Source of the DNA: Lingula anatina
Taxonomy: Eukaryota > Animalia > Brachiopoda
Assembly: GCA_051362555.1 (NCBI GenBank)
Contig: CM120640.1
Location: forward strand, 22,988,225 to 23,052,224
Reading direction: 5' to 3'
Length of the DNA: 64,000 nt
Positions within the stretch are counted from its first letter, which is position 1. Each line of letters starts with the position of its first letter. Positions 24,669 through 37,060 of the stretch are shown here, in pieces. Made by a program: the position numbers and the translations under genes. The notes beneath the pieces were generated by a model that did not search any database, was not told the origin of the DNA, and saw nothing but the letters and a program-made list of their open reading frames with translations.

Positions 24669-27600
24669 ATGATGGCAGGCTACATGTCATTCCTGTTCAC
24701 GGTACTGTTAGCAGTTTCCAACGTCGCAGCTCAGGGACCACCAGGTAATGCTTCTTTAACGATCGAACTAGGATTTCCTTTTTTTTTATTTTTTTCCTTT
24801 TTTTTTTTTTTTTTTTTTTGAAAAATATCGATACTTGATTGATGAAAACATGTTTAGTTAAAGACGCTTTATAACTGGAAGACCATTTTTAGCAATATAG
24901 AACGACCTGGAAATGTCTTAATGTGGAAATCTGTAACTTTTTAGATCACCTCCCTCGAGTTTCAAAGACGGGGTTTTATCATATGTTGTTTGTATAGTTA
25001 ATCACGTTTCTTTCAGCTTTTTTTAAAACATCGATGTTTATTACAATTTTAGTGTTACTAGATAAAGATTTCTGAACACCGTGATGTGGAAATAGACCAT
25101 TACATATATAAAGTAGACAACATAGTTAGATACATACTTTTTAGTTGGGATTTTGTAACTACAGCGAAATTTTATATGGTACTTTCTACCAGAAATCCTG
25201 AGATCTGAGTGGAATTTGTGATTTCCTTTTTTTATTTTCCCCCCTTTTTAGGAAAAATATTGATACTTGATTGATGAAAACATGTTTAGTTAAAGACGCT
25301 TTATGACTGGAAGACCATTTTTAGAAATATAGAACGACCTGGAAATGTCGTAATGTGGAAATCTGTAACTTTTTAGATCACCTCCCTCGAGTTTCAAAGA
25401 CGTGGTTTTATTATATATTGTTTGTAAAGTTAATCACGTTTCTTTCAGCTTTTTTAAAACATCGATGTTTATTACAATTTTAGTGTTACTAGATAAAGAT
25501 TGAGAACGCCGTGATGTAGGAATAGACCATTACCTATATAAAGTAGACAACATAGTTAGATACAGACTTTTTTAGTTGGGATTTTGTAACCATGGCGAAA
25601 TTTCATATGGTGTTTTCTACCAGAAATCCTGAGATCTGAGTGGAATTTATATAGTTTTATTACGCACTGTAACTTCCTCGACACTTCTTATACATGTAAG
25701 AAACCATTTGCATTGTCTCTATTTGTCCCCAGAAAAAGTGTCCTTGCTAAATACCTGTATCACGTCAGCTACATTTTCTCTTTCAGCGGGTCCAGTAGTG
25801 AAAGTTGTGGCTTTCAGGTGTGAGGGTGCCAGAGGAAAGGCAGCCATGTTGACCCCAGGGGCCACTTTGGGGGTAAGCTAGGTTCCTTATTATTTGAAAA
25901 GGCAGAATTGAAAATGAAGGGAGGGGGGCTTTCTGAGTGCTAATGTATATGTTCCGCCAAACCTGACACAGTTGTGAACAAATGAAATCTAAGATAGATA
26001 GTAGAATTGAGCAGATCACTAGTTTGATTTTGAGTGATTTTTTAAAATGAATTTTGAAACATTTTTCTCATGAATCGATAAGAATATGAACAATGAAATA
26101 ATCATGACAGTTTTCGATTTTTAAAAAGCTCTCTATCTATTTTAAAGGTATGGAAACCAATTCTGTGGCATGAAAAAAGTGCCATTTTCTTAATTGCATT
26201 CATGTTACTTTAGTTGCAACAATTTAACTATGAAAATAATTGCAATGGAACGACTTCTCTCTGTTTATAAATGTGGAAGAAAATGTCTCTATGAAAATTT
26301 CTATAACACTTTTTTCGTAGTTTTGAAATACGTATTTGTTTACAATTACTATTTTGGCCCACAGCTTGTACATTTTTCGGGCATTTTAACCCAAGAAAAA
26401 AAATACTTTTGATCAAAATTTTTCGAAAAAAAGGAAACAAATCCAGATACTTCGAATCATACACACATACATGCACATGTCCCCATAATTCCCAATATCT
26501 TTACTGAAAAACTGGGATGAGATCACAAAGAATAAATAGCAAAAAATATCCAATATGCCTGTGATTTGGACCATTACTTGGTCAAACGCTGGTCCGTAGA
26601 TGTAGAGTCCATGCTTGATATAATGTCGTAAGATTGACAATGACCGAAAATTTAAAGTTACATACACTATAACGGCAAGATGACTAGATCTGGCAACTCT
26701 TAAACGTATTTTTTCAGGATATCTGCTCTGGTGGCCTAAACTTCACCGTGAAAAATGTGGGCCAGGTTGACCTGTCTCCTCAGGCTCAGGCCAATATTAC
26801 ATTCTACCTAAACGAGGCGTGCCCGTCTGGTATCAAACAGTGTAACACTTCCCTGGGCAGGATTATGGAGGCTAGTGCAACAGGTAAGTTATATATTTTA
26901 GTTAAAACAGGAACTGCTCCTTCAATGAAAATCCAAAATAGCTTCATAAAAATGACAGAATTTTGTTGTCTTACATGCGAACATATTGGGTCTAATTTCT
27001 ATAGGTGGTTGTTATTTTGGTTAAAGATTATAGGAAACAAAATATTGAAAATTGTTAATGAAGGTATGTGTCTTCAAGGCCAAACTATTCATCAAGCCTT
27101 TTCGTTAGTTGTGGTTTTATTCTTCCTTAAAGTAGTCTAGGATGATATAGCAGACGTTCCCTAAAGTGAAAAAACTTGGCATGTTGAAATTAAAAGATGA
27201 ATACAGTTTGGACCAAATTTTGTCTCATTTCATCTGATTAATGCACAATCATTTCTGATATGTACAAAATAAATAGATAATTAATTCGTCTAATAGACAT
27301 GATATTAGTTAATTCCATTTTGTCACTTTTTCTTGAATAAATTTACCCATTAGCTGATTTTAAACCTGAATCCGGCATCAATTGATTGTCATTATGAGCT
27401 TCTCAACTCTAGCTGACCAAATGGAGGTTAATCGATATCAAATGGCGCTAGAAAATAAAACATTGATTTTCCAACTATTATATATCCCTTTATGTGTTTG
27501 TGTGTTTGGTTGTTGGTGTGGAAGCACGGAGTGTTTCACAAATATACTTGCGTTACATTGACTGCACTTTTGCGTGCCACGTAAGGCAAAACTCGAAACA

Positions 27601-28742
27601 GTACGCCTAGTAATTCTGCATCTTATGAACTCCCAAGACTGAAAAGGAAAAAAGTTATAAATCACTTGTCAATTGAATCACAGCTGCTTTTTATTATAAT
27701 CACGGTCGATATTTGTTATTGCAACATTTTAGCCACATCTTACTATACTCACCTCTAAAATTATCTCATAATAAAAAGTTATTTCAACGGGATTCAATTG
27801 TAAATAGAGAACACCTGATCGGGCACCATATGTATTAACTGTGAGTGTAAATGTCTGAGACAAAATATAGCCTATTCGTGCAGAGGGAAGGATATTAAAT
27901 AGGCCCGTTTCCACTTTCAAAATTAAATTCCTCAACAATTTTCTGATCGTTTGATGACGCGTTTTAGGCTTATTCCCATTTTAAATCAGACCAAGTGGAA
28001 GCAGACGCAAAACAGTGACAGGGGCCTATTCCCTTTAGCCATTACTCCCTGTGGTTAAAAGCTAGGACGCATCAGTTTCATGGGCACTAATTATAAACAA
28101 TACGCAGCTATCGTGCACAATAGCATCTCATTTGTCAAAAATCTATAGCCTCCATAATGTCATTGTCTTGATTGATTCTTTTATTTGCAAAATTTTACCG
28201 TGACTAACAACATAGAGAGTGTTTGGCAGTCAACGTTTGTTGCTCTATCTTTGGCATTCAGGTAAAACACGAAGAAATCAATACGTATCAATTATGCAGT
28301 TTTCTGCATGCATAGGCCCCTGTACTGTATGCCAGTTTATTTGTCAAGCGCAAAATGACAATATCACAGGTTTAATAGGAAACGAAAGATTTTATTGACA
28401 AGATGATATAAAATGGAAACAAATTTATGTATCCAGGACGACAGATGCACCCCCTTTCTCTGTCTCTCTCTCGGCAACATCATGCAACTTGTGTTCTCCT
28501 GTCCAATCTCCATGTCTTAGTTCTACCAGTGATTTTCTAAATGGTAAACTCTGCTTTGCGAATAAATATACCGCACGGTGTGCCCGCGACATTAAGTGTT
28601 GCCCAAATACTTGACTTGGCATTTAAGTACTTCTGAAGTAATACAGTGTGTGTCTGTTTCTGAAATATGTCTGTTCCCCTGTGAAAAATTGTCTCAATTA
28701 ACGTTCACTTACAGTCTAAATCTATTCTAGAACATTTGGTGT

Positions 28743-28782
<40 letters not shown>

Positions 28783-31700
28783 TTTTTCTAATGTTGTTTG
28801 GTAATGAATGCAACAGTTTGAGAACTGTCTTGGGAAGCCCTTCAGAATTCCTAGAACAGATTAAAAACATTGTTCTAGGACTGATTGAGAACTTCAAGTG
28901 AGCGTTAAATGAGACAAATTTTCGCAGTGGTTCACTTTATCATCTCACAGTAATATAACTTAAGTACAACTCAAACGAATTACATAAGCCAAACTACATA
29001 TTATTTCAATAGTTTGCCAAAATCCACCTCCTTAAACTATTACAGACCATCAGTAGTTAACTAGATCAGAAAACCTTTTATCAATACTACATGTAGCACT
29101 GGCACCGGCTGACTTTCAATAGCAAAAGAACGGGAAACGAAAATTCCAAATTGCAAACGGATTAGGTCGACACCTCACTGTGGGGATCTGTAGAATGTAC
29201 CGTAGATCATGGATAATGCAATTGAGACTGTGAAAAAATAGCAAAATTAAATCTACATTTTTGGTATTTTCCAGCACTGAGCAGCCTTGCAGTGAACGCT
29301 ACCGCTGACCTGGATGTCTCCGCCGTCAACTTGGACAGCAGTAATAACCTGGGGCCAATACCCTGTGGACCAAGTAAGTACATTGTAGCATTGGCGGTTA
29401 ATGTATGGTTTATGGGCACTTTCGTACTGGCAAATACAGGATGACATATGACCGATGACGTTAATGCTTGATGCTTTGATAAATCTCAACTTATAATGAG
29501 AAAATAAAATATAAAAATTGAAGAAATAAAAAATATTCGAAAAAATAGTTTTTCAAACAAATTTTCATTGAATTTATATATTTTTTCAGCGTGTATAACT
29601 GCCGTGGTATCAAATCCAGACGGTCTTGTTTACCGGTCAGTACAGGTCGTTCGCAAGTGTAACACCTCAGGTAGAGTGAATTTGCTTTTAACATGCCAAA
29701 ACCTAAAAATAATTTTAGACATTGCACTTGCGTTTTAGGTGAATACCTTGTTTTTAACAAATATCGTAAAATTTAAATAACGTATATTAGATGTATGTGT
29801 GATAATTCTGATGGACATTCAGTTATTTTACTCTGTTAGCCAAATACAGTAAGAATTACGTAGACCTCATTTCAACTTTGAATTACGGCCACCACCAGTG
29901 GTTGACGTTTTATTCTTTTTACATTCATTCCCAGTGAGGCTTTGGAAAATGCATAAGTGATCTTTCCGGGGTTTTTTTACTTGCATACTGAAATTAAGGT
30001 TCCTCACTTTTTTCTGTAAATCCGTTGTTCATAATCTTTTAGGTGTGGATCTAAGTATTGGTTTGAACCTCCGCGGTTTTGATCCCCGAGGAAATGCCTC
30101 CCTACGTCTGAGAACCGGCAGACCGCTGGTTGAGCAACTAATGGAAAGAAACATTCGTATGAAGGTAAAACAGTACTAAGCATATCTGAATATGAATAGA
30201 CCTTTATGAAATAATTCAAGGAAAAGTCATTATATAATTTTTATTCAATTTAATGAATTGCTTCTTGGATGAAATACCATTTAATGTCAAGCAATGAAAA
30301 GAAACGGTGAATCAAACAACTGTCTTTAACTTTTCCAAATGGTTTAGGTTTCAGTAACAAACAACGGAGAAAGAGACTTGCTCCATCCATCCAAAAACAT
30401 GCCATATGGCGTCTGGGTGTTTCTGCGCAAGCGCAGCAGGCGCCAGGCGAGGGAATGCATGGAAGGCATGCAAGGAATGGAAGGGATTGACGGCATGAGC
30501 GGACCTACGACCAACACACAACAACGGCCACCCCGGAATGAAACTGAACGTGCGCGGGATATGGACGATTTAGCGGCTGGACAGTTTGGCTGCAATGGTG
30601 ACGACATGGATAGCGAAGACGTCATGATTGGACAGATGACGTTCCGCAGAGGTATTGCAGAAAGATACCAATTATAATTATAATAGAATTAATTTGTCAG
30701 ACTCAGTTAAGGGTTAAAACGTTTTTTTTTTAATAGCAGAAAAGTATTTTCATTTATTTGAGTTCTATGGTTTCTTTCTAGATTTGGCTTTATTTACTTA
30801 TCTACTTCGTTCTGAATTTAGTTGGTGTTGGGCATCAATTGAAAATGTAGAGGAGAGAGGGGGGAAAGGAAAGCTTGTCATTGGAATGATTATAAATATC
30901 TTCTTATTTAGGAATTGCCGCAGGTGAAACTGTTAATGCCACAAGGAGACAAATGGAGAGTATTACCTTGGAATCTAAACCTGGACAAATCTTAGTCTGT
31001 GGTGAGCTACAAAATTATATGTAGGCCCCTATATTTTGTCAGGAATAAAAGTCTACACGTTTTATATAATGCTCCAGAAAATAATTCATTATTATTATAA
31101 TAATAATAATTATTATTATATTTTCGTTAATTTCTATTCCACAGGATTAGCCGAGTTGATTTTCGTTGTTGATCCTACCCATGCTATCAAAGATGCGAAT
31201 CGCTCTGACAACGTGTTTAGGATGCGCGTAAATATTACGTGCCGTGATGAAGGTAAGAAATATATGTTAATGAACATTTGGAACAAAATTGAACGTTTTG
31301 GACAATAAGATCTGCATTAAGGCTGTATGTTTTAAGGTAAAGCTGTGCACGTAGATATTCCTTACCAGTTTCTATACATTATTTATTAAACGTTGCTCTC
31401 TTTCAAAGATTTCGAGAACTTCCAAGAGGGCTGTGAAGTTATCCCAGACATTTCTAGAAATGGCCACCGCGCCTGGGTGCGTTTTGTTACAGCCCGCAGC
31501 GCACGAACCATGGTGATGGAGGTAAATTATGACATGTTTAGGTCAAAAAATAGTTATCAATCTCAAACTTCGCGTTTTTACTTTTTGAAAATGGCCCTTT
31601 ATACTAATTAATTTCAATCACATAAACTTTACTTTTTATACGTTTGAAAGGTAACAATGAAATACTTCTATTTCGGCCTTCTTCTTTATGACTAATTTTT

Positions 31701-34039
31701 GAAGAAAGATATGATACAAAGCCCCAAAAATTAAAAAAAATATTGGGTGCATATAAGTATTGGTAATATTTGAAACAGTTTCGTTCTTGTTCCCGTAGGA
31801 CGTGTTGTCGGGAGTTTGGAAAAATCTGGACGGCCGTGAAGTCATGGACTTGGTGAGGCTAGCTCGCACAAAAGCCATGGCCAAGGAAATTTTAAGTATT
31901 GCCGACGAAGATGGAGAAACAGACTGTATGTGTGACGGGGCAGACGATCAAGATGAAGTCAAATTTGAGCGCATGCTGGAGGACGTGATGGCGGAAACAA
32001 TTAATGGAAGTAAGCTCATGGGCGACAAATTTGAGTTTGGTGATGTTCCTGGTGATCAAGATTTTGGGGGTCTACTGGAAGGCGTGTTTAGTAGAATAAC
32101 GGGTAGTCAGTTCAGCACCCATATGCAGAATGCTATGAGCGGCTTTGGAGATATGAGCACATTTAGCGGAGTCAGTGGTATTGGAGACGCGCTCAGTGGT
32201 GTTAGCGGAATCAGTGGTATTGGAGACGCGTTCAGTGGTATGAGCGGAATGAGCGGTATGGGTGACATGTTCGGCATGGACGATCTCAGCAGGGACAGCA
32301 AGTCACCAGCCGAGTTGCTATTCAAGGCAGTCACGATGGGAAGGGACAAGTTTGCAAATATAACCGGAATTGGAGGTGAGAAAATGGGGATTTTCGGCTG
32401 TGTTTTTGACTTGATGCGCAAGATGGAGAGATTAATGAACGACACCAATAACGCAGAGGAGCTGCCGGGAAGAATCCTAAATCTGTTCTTCGACATCGAC
32501 AGCGATCAGTGCCCTTCCGGCAAGAGCGTCTATTCCCAACTGCGCCCTTGCTCGAAATTCATGCTGCAGATGTACATGTACCTGAGCGCAGACGACATGG
32601 TGGATGTGGAGGTGGCGAAAAGAGACTTCTGCGGGATCAGAAAGGCCACTCAAATGCTGGCCAACGGTGGGAGTGCTCTGGCCAACATGGATCTCCAGGA
32701 GTTGGAAGACATGATGGTCGACATGAAAAACGGGACAAGTAAGGGATTTAAATTTTTCTTAGAAATTAAAAGGAGTTTTTTTGATATAAACGCTGTTTGT
32801 CTGTTTTTAAGAGTGACCATGCGAATAATAATTTGATAATAGACTAAAATTTAAAATATAGTCAAAAATATGGTAAAATTGATTGAAAAACTCGTTGTAA
32901 AGGAATTGATTAAAATCATTTGTCAAGGCACCTTTTTATGTCGCCTTCACTCAGTCCATTTTACACTTCAGAAAGTGGAAAGAGGGGCGAACTGTTCAAG
33001 GAATTGGGACTTGTTGCAGAAGAGGGTGGAGGTAAGCACGGGGTGTCTACTGAATAATACTGGAGGTTTTAATAGCTGAATCATAACTTGACTCAAGGCA
33101 ACTCTTCATCTCATCACTCCAAACATTTACTGTTTTAGCAACATTTTCATGAAAGATTCATATAATTCCAAACAAACTCAATATATTGATTGTGTTTTTA
33201 TTAATCAGCTTTTGGTCTTTATGTAATAAGATTTGTCTACGACCTGAGAATTGATTATCCAGAGTGTATTTATAATCGTTTCTGTTTCGGTGATAAATCT
33301 TTTTTTTTTTAGAAGCAGCTGTGAATGCAACACCATGCCGCGAGGAGATGGACGATGCCAATGCTATGGATGACATATTCGAAGTGTCGTGGAGAGGTAT
33401 GTAAAGCTTCTAGGCTCGGTGCATATGGTCCATTCAGACTGCGGAAAGATAGCAGAAACTACCAAAATCTTCTTGATCATAGATTATTTCATTTTATGCT
33501 CCCCCAAATAAAAATAAATAAATATGAATAAATAAAAACCTTGATATGACAACCACCCCTTTCCAGTCTTCATTTATTGTGTCTGAAATCAGTGATCTTA
33601 ACCAAAGATTAAAAGCTGACACTGAAGAACGCAATAATAATCTGACGTGCCAGTTGCAACCATTCTTAACATTCAAATTTCAGTTAAAGACCGTATGATT
33701 CAGTACTGTGTGAAGAGCCCATTCCAAGCCATGGATCGCCCTCAAGGTATGAGGTGTAAAACAGTAGCCACGTGCGAGTGTAGAAATTGCGACAACGGCA
33801 ATGGAGGTGGCTATCGTGGAAATGGTGGTTACGGGTTTAGCGGTAGTGATGGCGGTTACTACGGTGGTGATAGCGGATATTTCGGTGGTGATGGTGGATT
33901 CTTTGGTGGTGATAGCGGATACTTTGGGGGTGATGGGGGTTACGGTGGCTACGGTGACAGTGGAGCCGGCGACAGCGGCTATGGTGGTAGCGGACCTGGC
34001 GATGGTGGATATGGCGGATTTTCAGGGAAAAGAAAGTAA
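24669..34039 (+). CDS. Secreted ~894-aa protein with two CARDB-like beta-sandwich domains, a Met/Asp/Gly-rich region and a Gly/Tyr/Asp-rich C-terminal tail
   Basis: 14 exons: 24669-24744 (signal peptide MMAGYMSFLFTVLLAVSNVAAQ), 25787-25872, 26718-26883, 29275-29373, 29590-29670, 30043-30164, 30348-30651, 30912-31001, 31145-31252, 31409-31521, 31799-32738, 32972-33031, 33313-33396, 33684-34039. All introns are GT-AG with consistent phases; 2685 nt with no internal stop. CARDB-like motifs: FTVKNVG, VSVTNNG, GIAAGET, VVDPTHAIKDANRSDN. The gene structure is better supported than the product name. Confidence 0.82.
24820..25648. repeat. Intronic tandem duplication, ~400-bp copies with ~430-bp period
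   Basis: Near-identical copies at ~24820-25217 and ~25252-25648 (gaaaaatat...gagatctgagtggaattt). Confidence 0.92.
28677..28929. mobile_element. Degenerate MITE with CACTG-like termini and an internal (ATTT)n microsatellite
   Basis: Left end ccctgtgaaaaattgtctcaattaacgttcactt matches the reverse complement of the right end, cactgcgaaaatttgtctcatttaacgctcactt. Confidence 0.65.
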
Positions 34040-37000
34040 AAGAAAATGAATTTGGAAAAAAAAGTAGTTAAGTTTAGTCAGTTCGTGGATTTATCGAGTA
34101 AACATTTAAATAATTTTAATTAAACTTAAACTATTGATCTTTAAAATTACTAATTACTTTCTCTCCCAAGCTTTTTTACTCGTAACAAGAAACTGAATTC
34201 ACAAAAGACCTATCTTTGTATTACTGGGTAAAGAAAGTGTTTCTTCAAAATGCGTGTAAAGCGCCGACTCTAAACTTAAAACTGAAGACGAAATGCGAGG
34301 ATGAAACCAACAGTCACACGTTTCCACTCTTTTACTTTTATAAACTGCTTTTCTTTTAAATATCTTTATATGGTTTTCGTCAGAATACTATATATTGTGA
34401 AAAGTGGTTGAAGGGGTCGAGCATTTAATACTCTAAAGATAATTCCAGTTTGAATTTTTAAGACAGTGGTGTAAAGTGATAATTGTGCTGAGTTTTTGCA
34501 AACTGCTATTATCGTTCCAGCATCTTATCTGTGATATTATAACCAGACTCTTTATATGTATATAACAAATTAGGAGAGGTGTATTTGTAGGATATAACTG
34601 ATTGCTTTCATAACAGAGGCAAATCGCAAAGCCATATGCAAAGCCGTCATTTTGTTTATAAGGCAATTATAAGACATTAATTAAATGGCAATAATATTGT
34701 TAGTGGTAGGAAATACCTAGTTAGCGCCTGCCTCTGTTATGGAACCAAATGTATATTTTGGTAATTTTACTTATATATTCAGACTTACTATGAATATTTT
34801 TAAGTAGGAATTTTACATGTATAAATATTATGTACTTAAACTGAATTTCTCCGAAGCTGTGTTAAACTGCTCAGTGTATAATGTAAGTTCTTTGTATTCA
34901 TTGGGAGCAAACCTATGCACAAACGCAACTGAGAAGCAATTTACCAGTGTTTTACACGTGACTTACAAGACTGATTTTCATCATTTTTGAACATATTTAA
35001 TAACTGATTTCCCATAGTCTTTTGTCAAGTAAACTGAAGGTTCAAATGAAAAACAACAAAGCATTCTGGATAATTTGCAAGTTGATTTATATACAACAGT
35101 GTTTTCTTATCTCATTATTTACAACTTCTATCATGAACATGGAGCACTATGCATACATCAATATTCATATATAACAAATGGTAAATGTATATATTTGGAC
35201 TGTATGCATTCAGAACTACAAGAGTTCAACAGTTAATTGGCAAGTGCATTTTACAGCAGCTTTACCACTATACCCTATAGTATAATCCTCTCTCCACTGT
35301 CTAACAACTGGCTGAGGCCACACTTCACAAATCAATATTTTTTCCTCAGCAGACTGTACAAATACTGACTTGGGTGGATATTTACAGGCACAGTACATAT
35401 ATGAATAAAGAATTGTTGACACATGCATGCATTTACACTGACAGTGATGAAAGGAGCTAATTTTCAGAAGTCATATGGGACATTTCACATATTAAGCTCA
35501 TGGAAGAATACTTAGAATGATAAAACATTTCATAAAGAGCCAGGTGTAAAAAAGTTGTTGGTCAACTTTTATAACTTTAATTCCTCCTCCAATAACAGTT
35601 AACATCCACTACAGAAATTGTTCTTAGGAAGGTCAAAAGCAATTATTCTTGAAGTTCGTTTTATATCTTTTTGTTCCTGGAAAAGCACATTAATTGCACT
35701 GGCTTCAGAAGATACTTAATATCACACACTCTTTTCATTATAGCAATTTGGATTTTTCCATCCTGGTAATCCTTGCGGAAGCCCTTTAAAAAGTTGTAAA
35801 CATTTTCTGTAATTTCTGAAAGTCCAGACTCCCTTTCAAAGCTTTATATTAACATTATATATCTACATGCAAGTCTTATCTCACAGTTAAACATCATTAA
35901 ATATTGCACCTGTGTAAGAAGAACATATTAACAATATGAATGGCTCTATTTTTTTTCCTCTCTCTTTTTCTTATTTTGCACTTTCAAAATGGGTCCTATG
36001 TCAACATTAGGTATGTATTCATACTATTTATTTTAAACATTCCTATTAACTCCCTGTGAGCTAAGAAAAACATCCAGTAACTGTTACACAGTTCAAGTGA
36101 TGACTTTTTTCCTAGCTGAGACTTAATGGAAAAAACACATTAATAACATTTTCACAAATTAAGCAAGTAGCACCTTGTTTACATGAAGTCTACAAAGTTG
36201 GACATTTTAATTTACTTTCTTTTCATCTGTCCCCTTCACTTTAGGGTAATTTTTCCAGCCTTTGTATTCATTTGTTTAAATCATCAGTTATACACAAACA
36301 AAAGGAAAATGAGTTAAATTTCATTAACAAAGTAATTTATGAAGCACCAAGACAAAACACTACAAAAGATTTACAGTCACAATATTCATGAACGACATAT
36401 CTAGCATGTAGCAGCTACATCAGCATTTCCCATCCTTTTATCAAACTTTAGTATCAAGACAGCAGCATGTGGCAAATTTTATGTGGCTTTAAATACCTTG
36501 TAACAAGGTATTGGACGAGGAAAAGTTTCTCTGATTTAGAATTATATTACATGCCGATTGGGTTTCCATCTAGGTCCATTTTCAGTTCATGACTGACAAG
36601 GTTCAACGCAAAAATCCTTACAGCAATTCACAACAATATTTGACATTTTCATACTCTCCAGCAATCACTACGTATCCCATGAATATTAAATTCATGGCTC
36701 CATAAAGTTTCTTTCAACATATTGCTATTTTCTAATACTATTCACTGGTTACAGTGAGATCTCCACATATAACTTGTAGTTTGAATGTGTTCCAGCTAGC
36801 ACACTGTAATCACATACTAGTATCTCAACTACAGCATTTTTACTGTGCGGGTCTTTTCAATGGCCATTACAAACTACTAATCAAATACACTGAACCAAGT
36901 GCAGCAGCAAATTAGGGAAAGGGATATTTGCATTAGCCCATTTAAAATGTTTTAAAATTCTATCCAAAACACCTGTTCTGGGACCATATATATATATATA

Positions 37001-37060
37001 AATATATATTGACAGTTAAATCACATTTTCACCATAGCTGAACTGCATCAAGACAACCAA

